From positions 310,001 through 374,000 of the forward strand of contig JAQGDQ010000018.1 of NCBI GenBank assembly GCA_030141605.1: a DNA stretch of 64,000 nucleotides, in the 5' to 3' direction. Position numbers and translations under genes: made by a program. The notes below the pieces were generated by a model. The model had not been told where the DNA came from. It made no database searches and saw only the letters and a list, made by a program, of their open reading frames with translations. Source of the DNA: Tubiluchus corallicola. Taxonomy: Eukaryota > Animalia > Priapulida. Positions 22,601-34,996 of the stretch are shown in pieces. Positions within the stretch are counted from its first letter, which is position 1. Every line of letters starts with the position of its first letter.

Positions 22601-24504
22601 TTTGAAATACTAATATCAGGTAATTTTGTGGTCGTCACTTTATGTATGTATATTGATTCTCTGTTTTGCCCGGATGAACACAAATTAGTCGAAGGCTCGG
22701 CAATAAACCATCAATAATTATATTGACTCTTATTGATGTATATAATTATGTTAGTGTGTATATGCATATTTTACAATTTTGCAAATGCCTTGAGATTTGA
22801 GAGCTGACTTGTGTTTTTGCACTTAGTACTAGTTCATTTAACAGTGAATCTCCTTACTGTAGTTATTAGAAAACAAAGTTATTCACTAGTTATCTCATGA
22901 TCATAGAAAATGATATATCAATGGTGACATACTTTTGCATTTTGCTCTTTATGCTGTTCATGATGCCACCTCCTCGAATACCATTTGCCTGAATCTCCTG
23001 AAATAATTTTAAAATGCAATACTATTGATTATCTGACTGAGAATTAATACAAGCAGTAGGAAAAACCTATGTTCACCTATTAAATATAACAAAATTCAGT
23101 TAAAAAACATTAAAATAATCTGTCACAAAATACTACATTATGTACTACGTGCACCATTTTTGAAAAGGAAACTAACATTCATTTGGTAGTTTTGTTTCTT
23201 TCATACAGCACTCAAATGATTTTATGTGTCTCCAATAAAGTTTATATGCCCGTAATAAATGTTCAGAAGTCATATTTCATAATGCTTTGTAAAACACAAT
23301 AACGGTTATAGCAAGACAAACACTTAAACGCTAATTATTACAAGCTTTGTCTGACATTCATAAATCAATTTTTATTAAAACATTTGAATGACAGTGTGTA
23401 CTTAAGCATAACAAACGAGAAAATTACGAGATCTCTTTTTATAGGGGAACTTATAGCAACTGCTAAACATGCATCACTTTCATGCTGTAATGTAGATGAA
23501 ATGTGTGTCTTGTTCAAACTATTTACATAAAATTAAATTGTTGTCTATATTTGTAATTCACATATCCAAAAAATGGCATATATTTTGATAGGCCTCCTAG
23601 CTACTTATTAACAATAGTCAAGATTATCTTTTGTCAATATTTGATACTCTGATTATATTCAATACAACTACTCGTTGTGTTTTTGTGTATAATGTAATTT
23701 CTGGAAAGATCAGTACTTTTGATTACTATTAGAATAAGAGCCTATAAATAACTGCCAGTTTAATTGCTTTCTTGATCATCAAAAAAACGTATGGATTTGT
23801 TATTTTTTTCGAAAGTTTAACAGTACTAGCTGAAAAAAATTTAAATGTATAAATTAAAAGCAAACAACTTATGTACAAGCTCTGAAAATGTCAGCAAAAA
23901 TTCTTGGGAACTATAGCATTTATAATACCAACAAAAAACTGCAAGTAGAAAATGCCTTTGTAAATCTGAATTTACAAATGAATTTAATATGAATGCCTTT
24001 ATGGCCCTGGGGCTCTTGAAAGGAAAACTGGAAAAGAGCTTCCCCCTTAGAATGAAGGAAAATCAGAAGTAATAGAAATGCTTGCTATGCTAAGCTATTG
24101 TGAGCTTATAGCCTACTAATAGTAGGCAAGGTCAGTGAACTGATCGAAAAAGAGAAAATATTTTTGTTTGTGAATCTAACTACTTACACTGTGATTTAAA
24201 ATATGTGGATAAAAATTAAATCTGAAATAAATCGTTCAGGGTGATTAATTTTGTGCTGAGCCTTAAATTTCAATGTGCAAATTCTACGGAAGGCAAGTGA
24301 AAACAAATTAAAAATGCCAAAAGTTGGTTACACTTTTGGGAATTGAATGTAGAGCAGCTGACTCTCAATGCAAAAATAAATTGTGCGAAAAGTGAGTTTA
24401 CTCACTGAGCTGGTAGTACCAGAGTACTGGTACTGTGAGTGGTGGTACGATGATGACGCCAGTGTTGAACGTTGATTGGACGTCACTTTATTGTCACTGT
24501 TTTG
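5711..24504 (-). CDS. TNS: Tensin (PTEN-like PTP + C2 + Pro-rich middle region); spliced, 24 exons in this span; 3' end (SH2/PTB) not in window
   Basis: Manually joined GT-AG exons stay in frame: ...[18 protein letters not shown]...[12 protein letters not shown]...[25 protein letters not shown]...[21 protein letters not shown]...[11 protein letters not shown]...[17 protein letters not shown]...[20 protein letters not shown]...[11 protein letters not shown]...[10 protein letters not shown]...DSYENF...[11 protein letters not shown]. These are tensin-family hallmarks. Confidence 0.95.
6325..6473 (+). repeat. Dispersed direct repeat, copy 2
   Basis: Aligns by eye with 4852-5002. Confidence 0.85.
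6575..6752 (-). CDS. TNS: Tensin exon ([16 protein letters not shown]...SGYLTY)
   Basis: 178 nt, phase 1-2, TTTTCAAG / AG|GTAAAA. Confidence 0.85.
7449..7589 (-). CDS. TNS: Tensin exon ([12 protein letters not shown]...[15 protein letters not shown])
   Basis: 141 nt, phase 1-1; TPAFPVxPxTPY resembles a conserved tensin middle-region motif. Confidence 0.9.
7740..7914 (-). CDS. TNS: Tensin exon with 9-aa repeats (DPGVND...ERQQVMMQA...PAEPA)
   Basis: 175 nt, phase 0-1, GTTAG / GTATGT. Confidence 0.85.
7786..7866 (-). repeat. Coding tandem repeat, 3 x 27 bp ([27 protein letters not shown])
   Basis: Read directly from the exon translation. Confidence 0.85.
8216..8292 (-). CDS. TNS: Tensin exon ([26 protein letters not shown])
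   Basis: 77 nt, phase 1-0, TTTTAG / GTAAGC. Confidence 0.85.
8975..9485 (-). CDS. TNS: Tensin exon with 12-aa repeats (QQGQIEET...[12 protein letters not shown]...EQYQS)
   Basis: 511 nt open, phase 0-1; tandem GAGCAG acceptor (alternative end 9488). Confidence 0.85.
9111..9224 (-). repeat. Coding tandem repeat, about 3 x 36 bp ([12 protein letters not shown])
   Basis: ORF 8967..9443 shows [38 protein letters not shown]. Confidence 0.92.
9808..9870 (-). CDS. TNS: Tensin 63-nt exon ([21 protein letters not shown])
   Basis: Phase 0-0, ATTAG / CAG|GTTAGT. Confidence 0.72.
10379..10556 (-). CDS. TNS: Tensin exon ([10 protein letters not shown]...EQIQKM)
   Basis: 178 nt, phase 2-0, TTACAG / GTTAGT. 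Confidence 0.85.
10644..10690. repeat. (TG)n microsatellite
   Basis: About 23 perfect TG units. Confidence 0.98.
11146..11739 (-). CDS. TNS: Tensin exon (LDGFPSSG...WLLQQKQKL...[15 protein letters not shown])
   Basis: 594 nt open (ORF 11103..11738), phase 2-2, AG|GTATGG donor. Confidence 0.9.
12751..13032 (-). CDS. TNS: Tensin exon (KQITPIDSE...[13 protein letters not shown]...); alternative donor would extend it to 12727
   Basis: Phase 2-2; two in-phase donors 24 nt apart (AG|GTTGGT and GG|GTAACT). Confidence 0.75.
13985..14109 (-). CDS. TNS: Tensin exon ([16 protein letters not shown]...GSPKPQ)
   Basis: 125 nt, phase 0-2, TTTTAG / GTAAAT. Confidence 0.82.
14576..14880 (-). CDS. TNS: Tensin exon, middle region (…YATP…[11 protein letters not shown]…)
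   Basis: 305 nt open, phase 1-0, TTTACAG / GTACGG. Confidence 0.88.
15148..15315 (-). CDS. TNS: Tensin exon ([18 protein letters not shown]...[13 protein letters not shown])
   Basis: Conserved tensin GPxDGSLYAxV motif; 168 nt, phase 1-1. Confidence 0.93.
16909..17079 (-). CDS. TNS: Tensin exon, end of C2 domain ([15 protein letters not shown]...RQDSYENFN...)
   Basis: 171 nt, phase 1-1; the DSYENF motif follows C2 in tensins. Confidence 0.93.
17682..18050 (+). mobile_element. Decayed RTE-clade LINE, 3' fragment (post-RT C-terminal region)
   Basis: Translates [19 protein letters not shown]...[37 protein letters not shown]...EEKHQRQK. This matches the RTE/BovB pattern LRW.GHV.RM.DGRIPK.LLYGEL..G.RP.GRP, with in-frame stops. 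Confidence 0.88.
18226..18373 (-). CDS. TNS: Tensin exon, C2 domain ([12 protein letters not shown]...[10 protein letters not shown]...ELDEACK)
   Basis: 148 nt, phase 0-1, TTTCAG / GTATGT; PTEN-type C2 signature. Confidence 0.97.
18581..18696 (-). CDS. TNS: Tensin exon, C2 domain ([20 protein letters not shown]...EPTLQ)
   Basis: 116 nt, phase 1-0, TATAG / GTATGT. Confidence 0.97.
18851..18963 (-). CDS. TNS: Tensin exon, PTP/C2 junction ([16 protein letters not shown]...[10 protein letters not shown])
   Basis: 113 nt, phase 2-1, AACAG / GTAAGC. Confidence 0.97.
19329..19412 (-). CDS. TNS: Tensin exon ([27 protein letters not shown])
   Basis: ALDRFAMKR and PSQRRY tensin motifs; 84 nt, phase 2-2. 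Confidence 0.96.
19648..19712 (-). CDS. TNS: Tensin exon, PTP P-loop ([21 protein letters not shown])
   Basis: 65 nt, phase 0-2, TGCAG / GTAAAA. Confidence 0.95.
20460..20582 (-). CDS. TNS: Tensin exon, PTP domain WPD loop to HCK
   Basis: [41 protein letters not shown]; TTTCAG / GTGAGT. Confidence 0.97.
21089..21237 (-). CDS. TNS: Tensin exon, PTP domain (AMSFPPGG...[19 protein letters not shown])
   Basis: 149 nt, phase 1-0; AMSFP and FNLSERR motifs. Confidence 0.96.
22371..22429 (-). CDS. TNS: Tensin exon, start of PTP domain ([19 protein letters not shown])
   Basis: Equivalent of the PTEN/tensin DLTYITERII motif; TTTAG / GTAAGA. Confidence 0.95.
22933..22997 (-). CDS. TNS: Tensin exon ([21 protein letters not shown])
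   Basis: TTTCAG / GTATGT, 65 nt, phase 0-2, joins the next exon in frame. Confidence 0.85.
24406..24504 (-). CDS. TNS: Tensin exon ([14 protein letters not shown]...SGTTSS)
   Basis: TTATTTCAG acceptor, GTGAGT donor, 99 nt, phase 0-0. Confidence 0.8.
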
Positions 24505-27500
24505 CTGAAATAAGAAAAAAATAAACTGTTTAACCTCAGTGTATGAATTCAACAGAGAAAAAAATATGTTTCTCAGAAACTAAATTGTTTCAGAGCTCAC
24601 AACCCTAAACCCCGATAATGATGAATATAATTATAATATTATTAGGAATGACAACTACTATTCAATGAATTAAATTTGCTAAAGCTAAAATTGGTAATTG
24701 TTGCTCCCAGTTTTTTAAAAATGAAACAATTCATTTCTTCAACACTCATTTACGTAATATCTGATACACTCAGTTCAACAGAGTACTATAAATGATTCTT
24801 TTTTCGTTTTCATGTATAGTTATATTCGTTTTAAGTGTTTATATTGTTCTTTTTATTATGAAGTGCGATTGGTTTCTTTTCATTATTAACAATGCCTTAA
24901 AGACAAATAAGCAATTTAAGCAATTGATTAATAAAATATAAAACAAAGAAATTAAAAGACTACCATCAATCCAAACCTATATCTATGAACAGAAATGAAG
25001 TTTTTTTTCTTGTTCTTGTGCTAACTATAAGCTAATTACTTACTACGTATTAGTAATTACTCTAATAGGTAAATTAATATTACTGACACCTTGTTTTTTT
25101 ATGTTTTTACATGCATATCTTTGCTTAAGTAGTTATTGTGTTTGAAGTTATAAAATGTGTTCTTTATTATAGGATTACTTGTTATTATTAATCTCTATCA
25201 AGGTGCTATTTTTAATCACAGAAGTTCAAACTGACAAAAGATTTGTAGAACAAACAATAACGAAAATGAGGAGCAGTATAATGAATTTGTCCTGGAAAAT
25301 GAGTGACTGACTGCCAAATTTTTGGTACTTTTTACAGAAGAAAAACAGGGAATACATAAACAGAAGAGACTTATATAGGCCCAATTGTTACTGTAGAGAA
25401 GCTAACGATAGCAATTAGTTCTTCACCTTTTGGTAAGCTTGTACACTTTCAACAAACTTTTCCTCTAAAAGCTGTTATGCACTTAAACTGGCCACACATT
25501 TTTAGTTTGTTGAGAAAACTGATTGGGCAACAGTCCGGGAAAGAAATTGCGCTAAACGTGCTTCTGCAAGATTAAATGCTGAATGCATAAACAGATTTGA
25601 ATGATAGTGGATGCGCTAAACGATATAAAGTACAGCTTAAATGAATTATGAAAACTCGACCGAGCAAATAGACACTCGAATACGGCACAAAAACAACAAT
25701 TGCAAGTGCTGTTCATTTCTGACTAACATTATTTTACCAGCATCAACTTTTAAGTAAGCTTTCGAGCACTGTTTGTGCCTATACGTCTTATTACATACAA
25801 TACTGCATATAACTGGAAAATTCTGGGGAGAAAGAAAACCTGAGACGACAATGTTGCGTGTGGTTAGTGACGGAACTAGTAAACCTAGCTTTATCTAACT
25901 CAGTAAAATGTATATGGCCAAACGTAATTAAGAATTTACGACATCTCTACTGGTTCACATCTCATCTTAGACAATTATCCTTGATAATGAACTGAATTTC
26001 GGTCCCACCCCAAGTATCGATATTAGACAGACCCTGCCAGTGAATGCCGGATCTGAAGTTGGAGCGTCAAACTTTGAAAAAGACTCGGTGTGTTAAAATG
26101 AGTTTATTTCGCTTCTTCATCAAAACTTATTACTATTTTTTTCAAAGTGCAATGCAGATCTTTTATCGTGTTATTATACAACTTTTAGCTTATAATGTTT
26201 TGGTTAGAGAGTTTGAGGATATTGTAAAATCACTCTGCATAAGCCACAAAGTCATTACCGACTTATTTTGAGACCCTAATGAAGAACATATCACCTACAT
26301 GGTTTCCCAGGACCAGCAAATTAAGAAGAAGCCCCACTAGTCAGTGAGCAAAATGTCCGGCAATATCACTAAACCACTCCAGAACCCTAGACAGAAACGA
26401 AACATTTAGGAAGGTTTATATTTCACCACGCTCATAACGGTGCAGTAGACAGTCCCCCAAGGCTTCAGCATCAAAGATTTACTGAGCAAAAAGGTTCAAG
26501 GATAAACAAACTGATACGTGGGGGAAATAGTTAAACACAAGGTGTGAACTTTGTGAACATCAACAAACAAATTCTGTTGTTTGAAAAGCCAGGAAGACAG
26601 CTAAATTGTTAAAAGAATTTTCCTACACATTTCTGGTTTAACACAACTGAAACAAGAAAAGAATGCGTTGGTTTCTCCTAAATGCTTGTCAAGAGTATAC
26701 TAGTTAAAATCTGTTTGAGATTTGTAACCTTTAATACTCGATAGTAACTTTTATGGGCCTGCCACACTAGCTTACAGCATTTTTCAGCAAACAGCATTAA
26801 ATCATACAAAAACATCTACTGTATTTACAGACTTTACAGTTACCAGCTCCACCCATTTGCAATTCTATAAATAATGGTCGCTTGAAGTGAACATCACTGA
26901 CAGTGATAAACAATTAAGTGTAGCCTTTTCTGCTTTGGGCTTAGTTTCATTACCACTTGCCTGAAGTTTAAAAACATTATAGCTTTTGCTCTGAAACTGC
27001 AAGATTTATTGGTGACGAATCACATTGACCACACACCTTCCAACTCAGCACGGAGGGTGTAACGCTCGTAATTGATGTGTCTCACTGGAGGCGTTAGCAG
27101 AACTGTGCAAGTATTTTTTTCAATAGCTTTGTTGCAGATTCAATGTGTACTATTCCTTTAGGCTAAACAGGTTTGCTGATGTATGACTGCCATGCATGTG
27201 AAAATATACGAATACAACAAAAGCTTAAAACAACAGAATAGGAATATACACTTATCAGTAGCCACTTTATCCATACAGACTCTTTTTCAAAAACTTTAAT
27301 TTTCACCTACATCACTAAAATTTTATCAACCTTTTTTTGAAACATCGTCTAGTGCAATTGGCGTGATTCACATTATTTGCACAACAGGGAAACAGTTGTA
27401 GCAATATTTTGTTGATGTCGAAACAACAACAAACACTGAGTCATGGATTTTTAGTAAAAAATGTGAGCCATGCTCCCAAATATTATGAGAAAGGAAAGGC

Positions 27501-30500
27501 TTTCAGACTGCAGTAAAACTTGTAACACAAATAATTTCAATCAGACAATCAAACAATACTGTTCGAAGGTCACTCTGACTGATTTTTCAAAATCCTTAAT
27601 TTTGTGAGTGTTGTAACAGATAATGAATTTTAATCCTATCAAATGAATTTTAAATACATATCAGACAGCCTCAATAAATGCAAGAAAGAAAAATTTCCTG
27701 ACACACCAAATACTTCCCTAAATGGATATCCTCACAAGTGTCTCATCAATTCCCAGTACACAAAAAGTATATTCTCACTGATTCCGTGAGCGAAAACATC
27801 AAAATCAGCCCAACCATAAACAAGTACTAGTACTTTGGCACATAGAATGACCAAGATGAGTTTAGAGAAAAACTCTGTTAAGAAAACAAAACTATAAAAT
27901 AAATGAAAAAACAGTTTTTGAGAAATAAGAAATTTTTAAAATGGATGATAGCTATTTAGGACTATGTTAAAGCAATTGAAAGATGTGAACGAAATGCTTT
28001 TAAACTTTTGTTCAACGATGACTAAATTTGGCATCGATTTTTGTAATATTCGTGGACAAAGATGTTCTGTTTTTTTAAATGGTAATCGTGGCCAGGCGAA
28101 TCAATTTACAGTACAGTAGTGAGGCTGCACATGATTTGTTCTAAACACGTATTCTGTACAATGTTTGTCACGTAAACATATCGATGATGACAAGGTGAAA
28201 ACCAAGTAAAAATAAGAAGCTACTGCAAAACAGAAACGCCCCAGCAACCAAAATGCTGGAGAAAAATACGTTTCTTGTCAAAATAATTGAACTTTAGTAG
28301 GACTAAATGCAAATAATTTGTTACAATGATAGAAAATATAGAGATAGGGCTGTTGCTATGTTAAATAACATTTTTTACAGTTAGACAGTCAAGTTGAAAA
28401 TTAAGAAGCAATAATTTACTTTCCATAACAGTTTTATATCCTTTTTATAAGTTCCGTTTATTGGTAGCCCGGAATTCAACATTCAACAGCAGGGCCTTAC
28501 ACAACTTACAATGAATGGTTGTCGCTGAACTAGATCTGGCTGATTACCAAGATTAAACTTTAAGGCAAGATACCTGAAGACATACCTCTTAAACAAACTA
28601 AAATTACTCAGTATAATCTAATGTTTTTTCAGATAGCAGATAATGCACGGTTATTGGGGTCACGCATAATGTATATGCAATACTAACTACACTTTGCATG
28701 TCCACTACAAATTAAGAATTATAACTGCGTGAGAAACTAACTTTTAATGCCAGCTTGAACATAAATTACCTAATTTCTTCTGTTTACAAAACACTCTCAA
28801 CAGCTATTTATGTATGGTGGGCAGGAGACAAGATTCATTTTTTCTTTAAAGGACAACCGGACCCAATCTTAAACTATAGCTCACTGCAATCTAATCTGTA
28901 AGATATTGAAAAGGAACATACTGTTTTTTAAGACTAACTTATTTGAAAGAATTATTACCGCTGAAAACTAATTTTATGTTCACACAGCTAGTTCTTCAAT
29001 GTTACATACATTTCCCCATTCGCTAGTTAGATGGGCACTATCTCCGATAGTTCGGACATGCAACTGCACAAAAACAGGCAGTGTATCTCTCAATTCAGTT
29101 GTGGCGTAACGCACACGTTCGAGAGCGGTAAACTTGAAATTTAAGTTTTTAAACTTAAAGAGTTTTGTGTATCAACTGAATGTTGTACAGTAGCAAGTAC
29201 TTCAATTATTTTCATTTTCGTGCAATACGCTCGTGGGATGTTTGTGCTGTTAAAAATTGTTCAGTTGTGACGTCATCACTAACTGGGCTCGGTTTCATTA
29301 ATTACATTTAAATTTTTAACCTATTATTTTATTTATTGGGAACCGGTCAGGCGTTATTGAATACGCTATAATAAAATGTATACTTTTAACGTACTTCAAA
29401 ATATGGTAGTATATCAAAAATCACCCTGTTTTCTTTTAAAATATCTGTGCCTGAAGCAGCTATTCTTCGAGATGCTGCTTCATTCAATTTGTGGCAAGAT
29501 CAATTTGTATCCGGACAACACCTCAATATCATAATGCGCCCAGGTGAACGGCGTTGTGGTGGAATAACATACCACAGTTAGTATTAATCAGCTCTAAGTT
29601 TATAGAAGCACGTGTTCCAGGTTGCTAGGCCAATGTAGGGCAATCAAGTTCATATTCTTCGCTATGCTAATACAAAGAATATCTGTGATTCATCTCACAC
29701 AAGTCTGATTTATTATCATAACAGTGAATTTTTGTGCAATAAAACTATGTGGATGTTTGGGTTTGTAACTCATCTTGGCGTTTTTTAACCTTAAAAAACA
29801 ATTTACACAGTTCTGCCGGAATATTGGTCTGGGCGGGGGGGGGGATATGGGACAAAGGCAAAGAGGAGCACGTGAATTTATAGACTTAGTTAATTAGCCT
29901 CGAAGTTATGCCAAGAATACCGAAAATGTATATTCATACTTTATCATAACCGTATTTTCTACAAAAAAGGAAAAATTATAACTTTAAAGATTATGTGTTA
30001 TACCATAAATGTTATTGAAAAGAACTTAAGGTTTTTCCGCCTAAATAATTCGACGTCGAATAATCAATTTTCAGAGGCATCTCATTCGCTAATCCTAGAA
30101 ACCAGCCTTTCTCTTGGAAACACTGAACCTTACCACTGCTAATGTGGTAACAGAATGTAAATCCGGCTTCAATCCACATCCTCACAGTACAAAAGCAATC
30201 TCTTTAAAGTTTGCTTGTTTGACTGCTGTCGATTTTGGAGATGCACTTAAACTGAGAATACATTTTTGTAATGAAGCTGATACTGCTAAATGACTTAATT
30301 CAAATGATTCGTTTGCCAAAGCTCCAAATTTTACACTGCAGGCCTATAGCTTTATAGCAGCTGTTGAGAACATTTAATGATATATGAGGGCATACACGTG
30401 ACAGCAACAAATTTCAACAGCTGCAACAGCAATTGACATCAAACATCTGTTCATCATCGTCAGTTGCAATTGCTTTAGCATTAGAACCGCACACAATTCC

Positions 30501-30640
30501 ACCTTGTGTTTATCAGCATAGCCTTACGTGTTAACTTTTTAATAGGTTAATATCAAGTACATCTATAGATCCGCATATATGCACGTTATTAATGTGTCCC
30601 ATATAGACTTCCATGGCTTCGTACTTCTTGGTCATACCCC

Positions 30641-32397
30641 AAATTCTTGGCTTCTTAAACATAAACACGTGTGTTCGGGAGAAGCCATCAACGCCGCGCA
30701 AAGGAGGACTTACCAATTACTCAAACGATGACAGCGTGCCACTATTGCCACACTCCCTCGTGAGTTGTTTAGAAGTAACGCAGTGGGAAGCTACGCTTGC
30801 CATAGTTTAGTCAGCATATCCCGCAATTTTTATTGCAATGTCAAGCTTTTATTTTCTCTTAGAAAACCACTTATTATAAGAAATTACTAGAACACGTAAA
30901 ATGCACGAATAAAAAAACGCACAAACTTCGGACATTGCCTGTTGTACGCTTCCAAATTTAAATGACAAAAGACCATCACATTTTCCAAGTTCAAAACTAA
31001 TCCCTTGTACTAATTGTAAATGCACGAGTAATGTACTGCAAAAATTATCAGTGCTTCAGTTTGATTGGGGGTAGACTCGTTTCCCGGAAAAGTTTTTTGC
31101 CATAGAAATTTTTTCCCTGACAAAAAACTTTACAGAAAACTTTTTTACCAGAAAAATTTATTTCCCAGAACATTTTTTCGCAGAACAGCCATTTCGTAGA
31201 AACTTTTTTCCTAGAACCGTCATTTTCCAGAAAATATATTTCACAGAAAATGTAATCAATCCTTTTTAAAGCGTAGTTAGATGATGTGAAATAAAAGGTA
31301 GTTTATTATTTATTATATTTTTTTATTTATATAATAATTATTATAATTAATATTATATAATTATATAATATTATTATTATACTATTTTAAATGCATATAT
31401 CGAATAATACCGATTATATAATAAAAAATTTGGTCAACTCGTTAAGGCGAGAAAGTAGATTTGCAACGTCTTATGTATTTACGCAATAGTGAGTAATCAC
31501 GAAGTGCGATTGGCTACCAAAGTGAAGCAATGTCGAGCCTGACAGCTGATTAGTTGGGTGACTGCTTATGGAATCTCACTTTGGGCAGTTCCTTTCACTG
31601 CTATGCCGAATTAATTTCGCTGATTTAGGGAGGATGTATATGCATCTGACTGTGACACGTCTGCCTGTTCAAATTTTCATCTCAGAGAATTATGTTGAAA
31701 ATGAACTAGGGTCCGGCAATTTTTTTTCTGGGAAATGTTTTTTTCTGTGAAAAGTTTTCTGGGAAACGTACCTAAATCGTTTGACTGTTGTACTATTTCA
31801 AATTTAAATCACAGAGAACCACATATTCAAAGTTCAGAGGAATCAAAGCTGTATTCCTTTTTATATTTAATTCAATATAGAACTGAAACTCGTCAACTTA
31901 ATTACTACTTATGATTAATCATATTCTTCGCTTCTTAAACGTAAACTCTTGGTATTCGGGAAACGCCATCAAAGCCGCGCAATGGAAGACTACCGCCAAG
32001 CTCCCTCTTGAGTTGTTTAGAAGTAATGCAGTGAGTAACTATAATTGCTGTAGCTTAGTCAGCATATCCTGCAGTTTTTTACCCCAAGGTTTTATTTTCT
32101 TCTAAAACGCAGTTTACTAGAAGAAGTTACTAGAACATGTAAAATGCACGAGTAACGTGACATACAAATTTCGGAATTTGACTGTTGCACGTTTCCAAAT
32201 TAAACTTAGATTCATCATCTACATGTAAATATACAGTAATGTACCATAAAAATTTCAGAAGTATCGGAAGTTCAATTTGACTGTTGTGCTCTTTCAAAGT
32301 TAAATGACAGAAGACCACACAGTCAAAGGAACAAAGCTATATTCCTTTTACATTTAATTTAATGTGAAACTTAAATTCCCCAACTTAATTATTCCTT
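30641..32397 (+). repeat. Tandem duplication of an approx. 480-560 bp unit (copy 1 30641-31910, interrupted by a MITE; copy 2 31921-32397)
   Basis: Both copies share ATTCTT.GCTTCTTAAAC, GCCATCAA.GCCGCGCAA.GG, GAGTTGTTTAGAAGTAA.GCAGTG, TAGTCAGCATATCC, TTACTAGAACA.GTAAAATGCACGA, TTTGACTGTTGT.CT and CAAAGCT.TATTCCTTTT in the same order. Confidence 0.9.
31063..31778. mobile_element. 716-bp non-autonomous DNA transposon (MITE) with GTTT target-site duplication
   Basis: Ends GATT...CGTTTCCCGGAAAA and TTTTCTGGGAAACGTACCTAAATC are inverted; subterminal TT(C)CCAGAA arrays; GTTT flanks both sides; the empty site CAATTTGACTGTTG is visible in the duplicate copy near 32273. Confidence 0.85.
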
Positions 32398-34996
32398 GTC
32401 ATAAAGTTAAGCCCCATAATTAATTTATTTATTGGGCCTAAACATGATTTTCTGGGGTATGATCTATACTAATATTCGCCTCATGCAAAACGTCAACCAC
32501 TCAATGACAAAAGCTACTATCTAAGATACGTGCCAGGAATAGAAGGAAAACTCCGAGGGATTTTTTATTGGATTATTAGGCCCTAATTGGTCAATCTTAT
32601 AAAGATCGCTCTACTTGCTGATTTTTTTTTATATGAAAAAGGCTTTCCATGTTTAACAAAGCACGACAACAAACCTATGCCGACTCACATAATCCAGTCA
32701 ATTCTAAGTACATGTATAACAATTAGATCAAATATCTGAGAAATATTAGATGATGCTCTTCGTCGCTTCTTAAGTCTTGAACTACATCCACTGAAAGTCT
32801 GTAGCGACTCCATGAAACCGTTTTTTTCGTGGTTTAATGATCATTTATTTCAGCAATAACAATTACTAATCAAACAGCTGCAGAGAAGGAATAACTGGTT
32901 ATGATATTGAAGATAGGGAAAACAATCAATAAGTCTTCAAGATACCCTGAGAGTCCTTATGTCTTGACAACATAAATACACAAGGCCAAGTCCACTGCGT
33001 GACTCCGTTGAGAAAACTTCGCATTCCACGGCGAGAAAAGTGAGAAAGTAAACAGGAAGGAGACGTGGTGACTCTAGTACTTCGGCTTTAACTTAAATCA
33101 GGCCAAATGAAAACAACAAAGTTTCTCATGTGACGGCTGCGTGAATCGCAGTTTAATCACTGCATTGAAAACACAAACGTTATTAAATCAGTTATACGCT
33201 CTGAATTGTTTAAATACTGAGTACAAAATCCAATAGACACGAATATTCCGTTGGTCGTTGTGATTATTCAATACAAGTATTCAGAAATAGGTGGCGACGT
33301 ACTATGTAGTAAGTATAATGAAGAATAATGATAACAATGAAAATGCTTTTAAAAATCAGATTCTCTTTATAACTTTAGGTATTTATTTTTTTAAGTAGAG
33401 GAAGTGTGTTCTAAACTGCCAGCAGTTTCTCAAGCCTGAGCAATACGTAATGCAAGGAATTACTGCAAATATCCGTTAAAAGTGTATAAGCACGATCCTC
33501 TTTTTAACCTTTAAGCACTGAATTAATTTAACAAACCGAGGACAGAAAAATGACCGGTTTCCAAGGTTCTATAGTTTTTATACTCAAGATTATGTTCTTT
33601 TTATCGTAACCATGAAATCAATTGAAACTCGACACTGTTTTTGCTTGTAAACATTGTTTTCTTTTTATTATTTTGTTAAAATACTGAACTATTTGCTGGG
33701 TCATTGATTGTCAATAGTAAACTATAAGTTATTCTACAGCAAGCACGCTGTGCATAACGTTTATAATGGTACAATCACTGTAGGCAACAACATAAGCAAA
33801 GAAAGCTGGAAAATGTGTGTAAACAATGAAGCCAGACCAAAATGCAATCAGATTCCTTCTAACAACTATTTACACATACTAAGCCCCATATCCATTTCAC
33901 GCTGAGTGCCAGACGACACGATTGCCATACTCAAAACACTAGCATAACGATTTACCTGTTAGCTTATTTACAACACCATCAATATTTCGTGGTTATCCTT
34001 TTCAGCACAGCATCGTTGATGATCACTTAAATCAGTCAAACATGTTCCTCAACGAATATACCAGGTGTTTCCTCACTGCCATTGCTAATTCACTGATAAC
34101 TGTTCTAGGAAAGTTGGTGATTGTTGTTAGTCCAGTAAAAATGAAAGTGTCACACGTATTGAAACTCGATTATCTGCAGCTTCTTAACTACAAGAATGAA
34201 CTGTTATTTTGCCAACAAATATACTGCGTCAACAAACATAATAGGTACTCATTTGTATAAAGCACTTATTAGCTGGAAGAAAACTATCCAAATCCAACTA
34301 ACTGTAATTGGATTAAACTAGTTAATTGACAATTAATGCTCATAAGACATAAAGGAGCCCGAAAATTTGTCACAAAATCACAAAAGTCACAAAATTTAAA
34401 CCACCATCCATGTGACACATGGTCTGCGAAGCTGACCCACCTGTGGCCACTGCCTAAACAAATTCCATAATATCTGGTCCAGAACGATGCTTAACTTGGT
34501 AAGTATCCCAAAAGTGCTAATGGGGACCAGGAATAACTGTGTCAAAAATAGCAGTTGTGTATTTTGACAAAAGTATTATCACTGTTTGATAGTGAAAACT
34601 GTATATAATAAGTAAAGTAACTTTTTCCTCAATTTTTGTAACTATTTTTTCTTAAACTGCAGGTTACTGCACAAACGTTTAGGATTAACACTAGATTACA
34701 GGCTAAACCACGATCTGCAAATCTGTAATAAATAAATTCAGGTTTTCAGCAAATTACAAAGCAACACGCAATACCTAGGGGAAAACCAAAGTATAATCAT
34801 CAGATGGTCGCGGTCTTTAATCGCATAACAACAAATCTGCGTAACTGATACTTATACGTAATCTTATACAATATAGACTGCGGCTGACGAAAACGGAAAA
34901 CCTGAAAACCCTATGTCAAGCAAAAATGGAACCAATGTTATTACTGATACAAACAATTTAATAATTTAATCTGACGCAGCCGAACATCTAGCTCAC

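Noticed and set aside
31080-31260. CRISPR-like periodic repeats
   Set aside because: Short degenerate subterminal motifs of a MITE; no constant repeat with unique spacers, and the context is eukaryotic.
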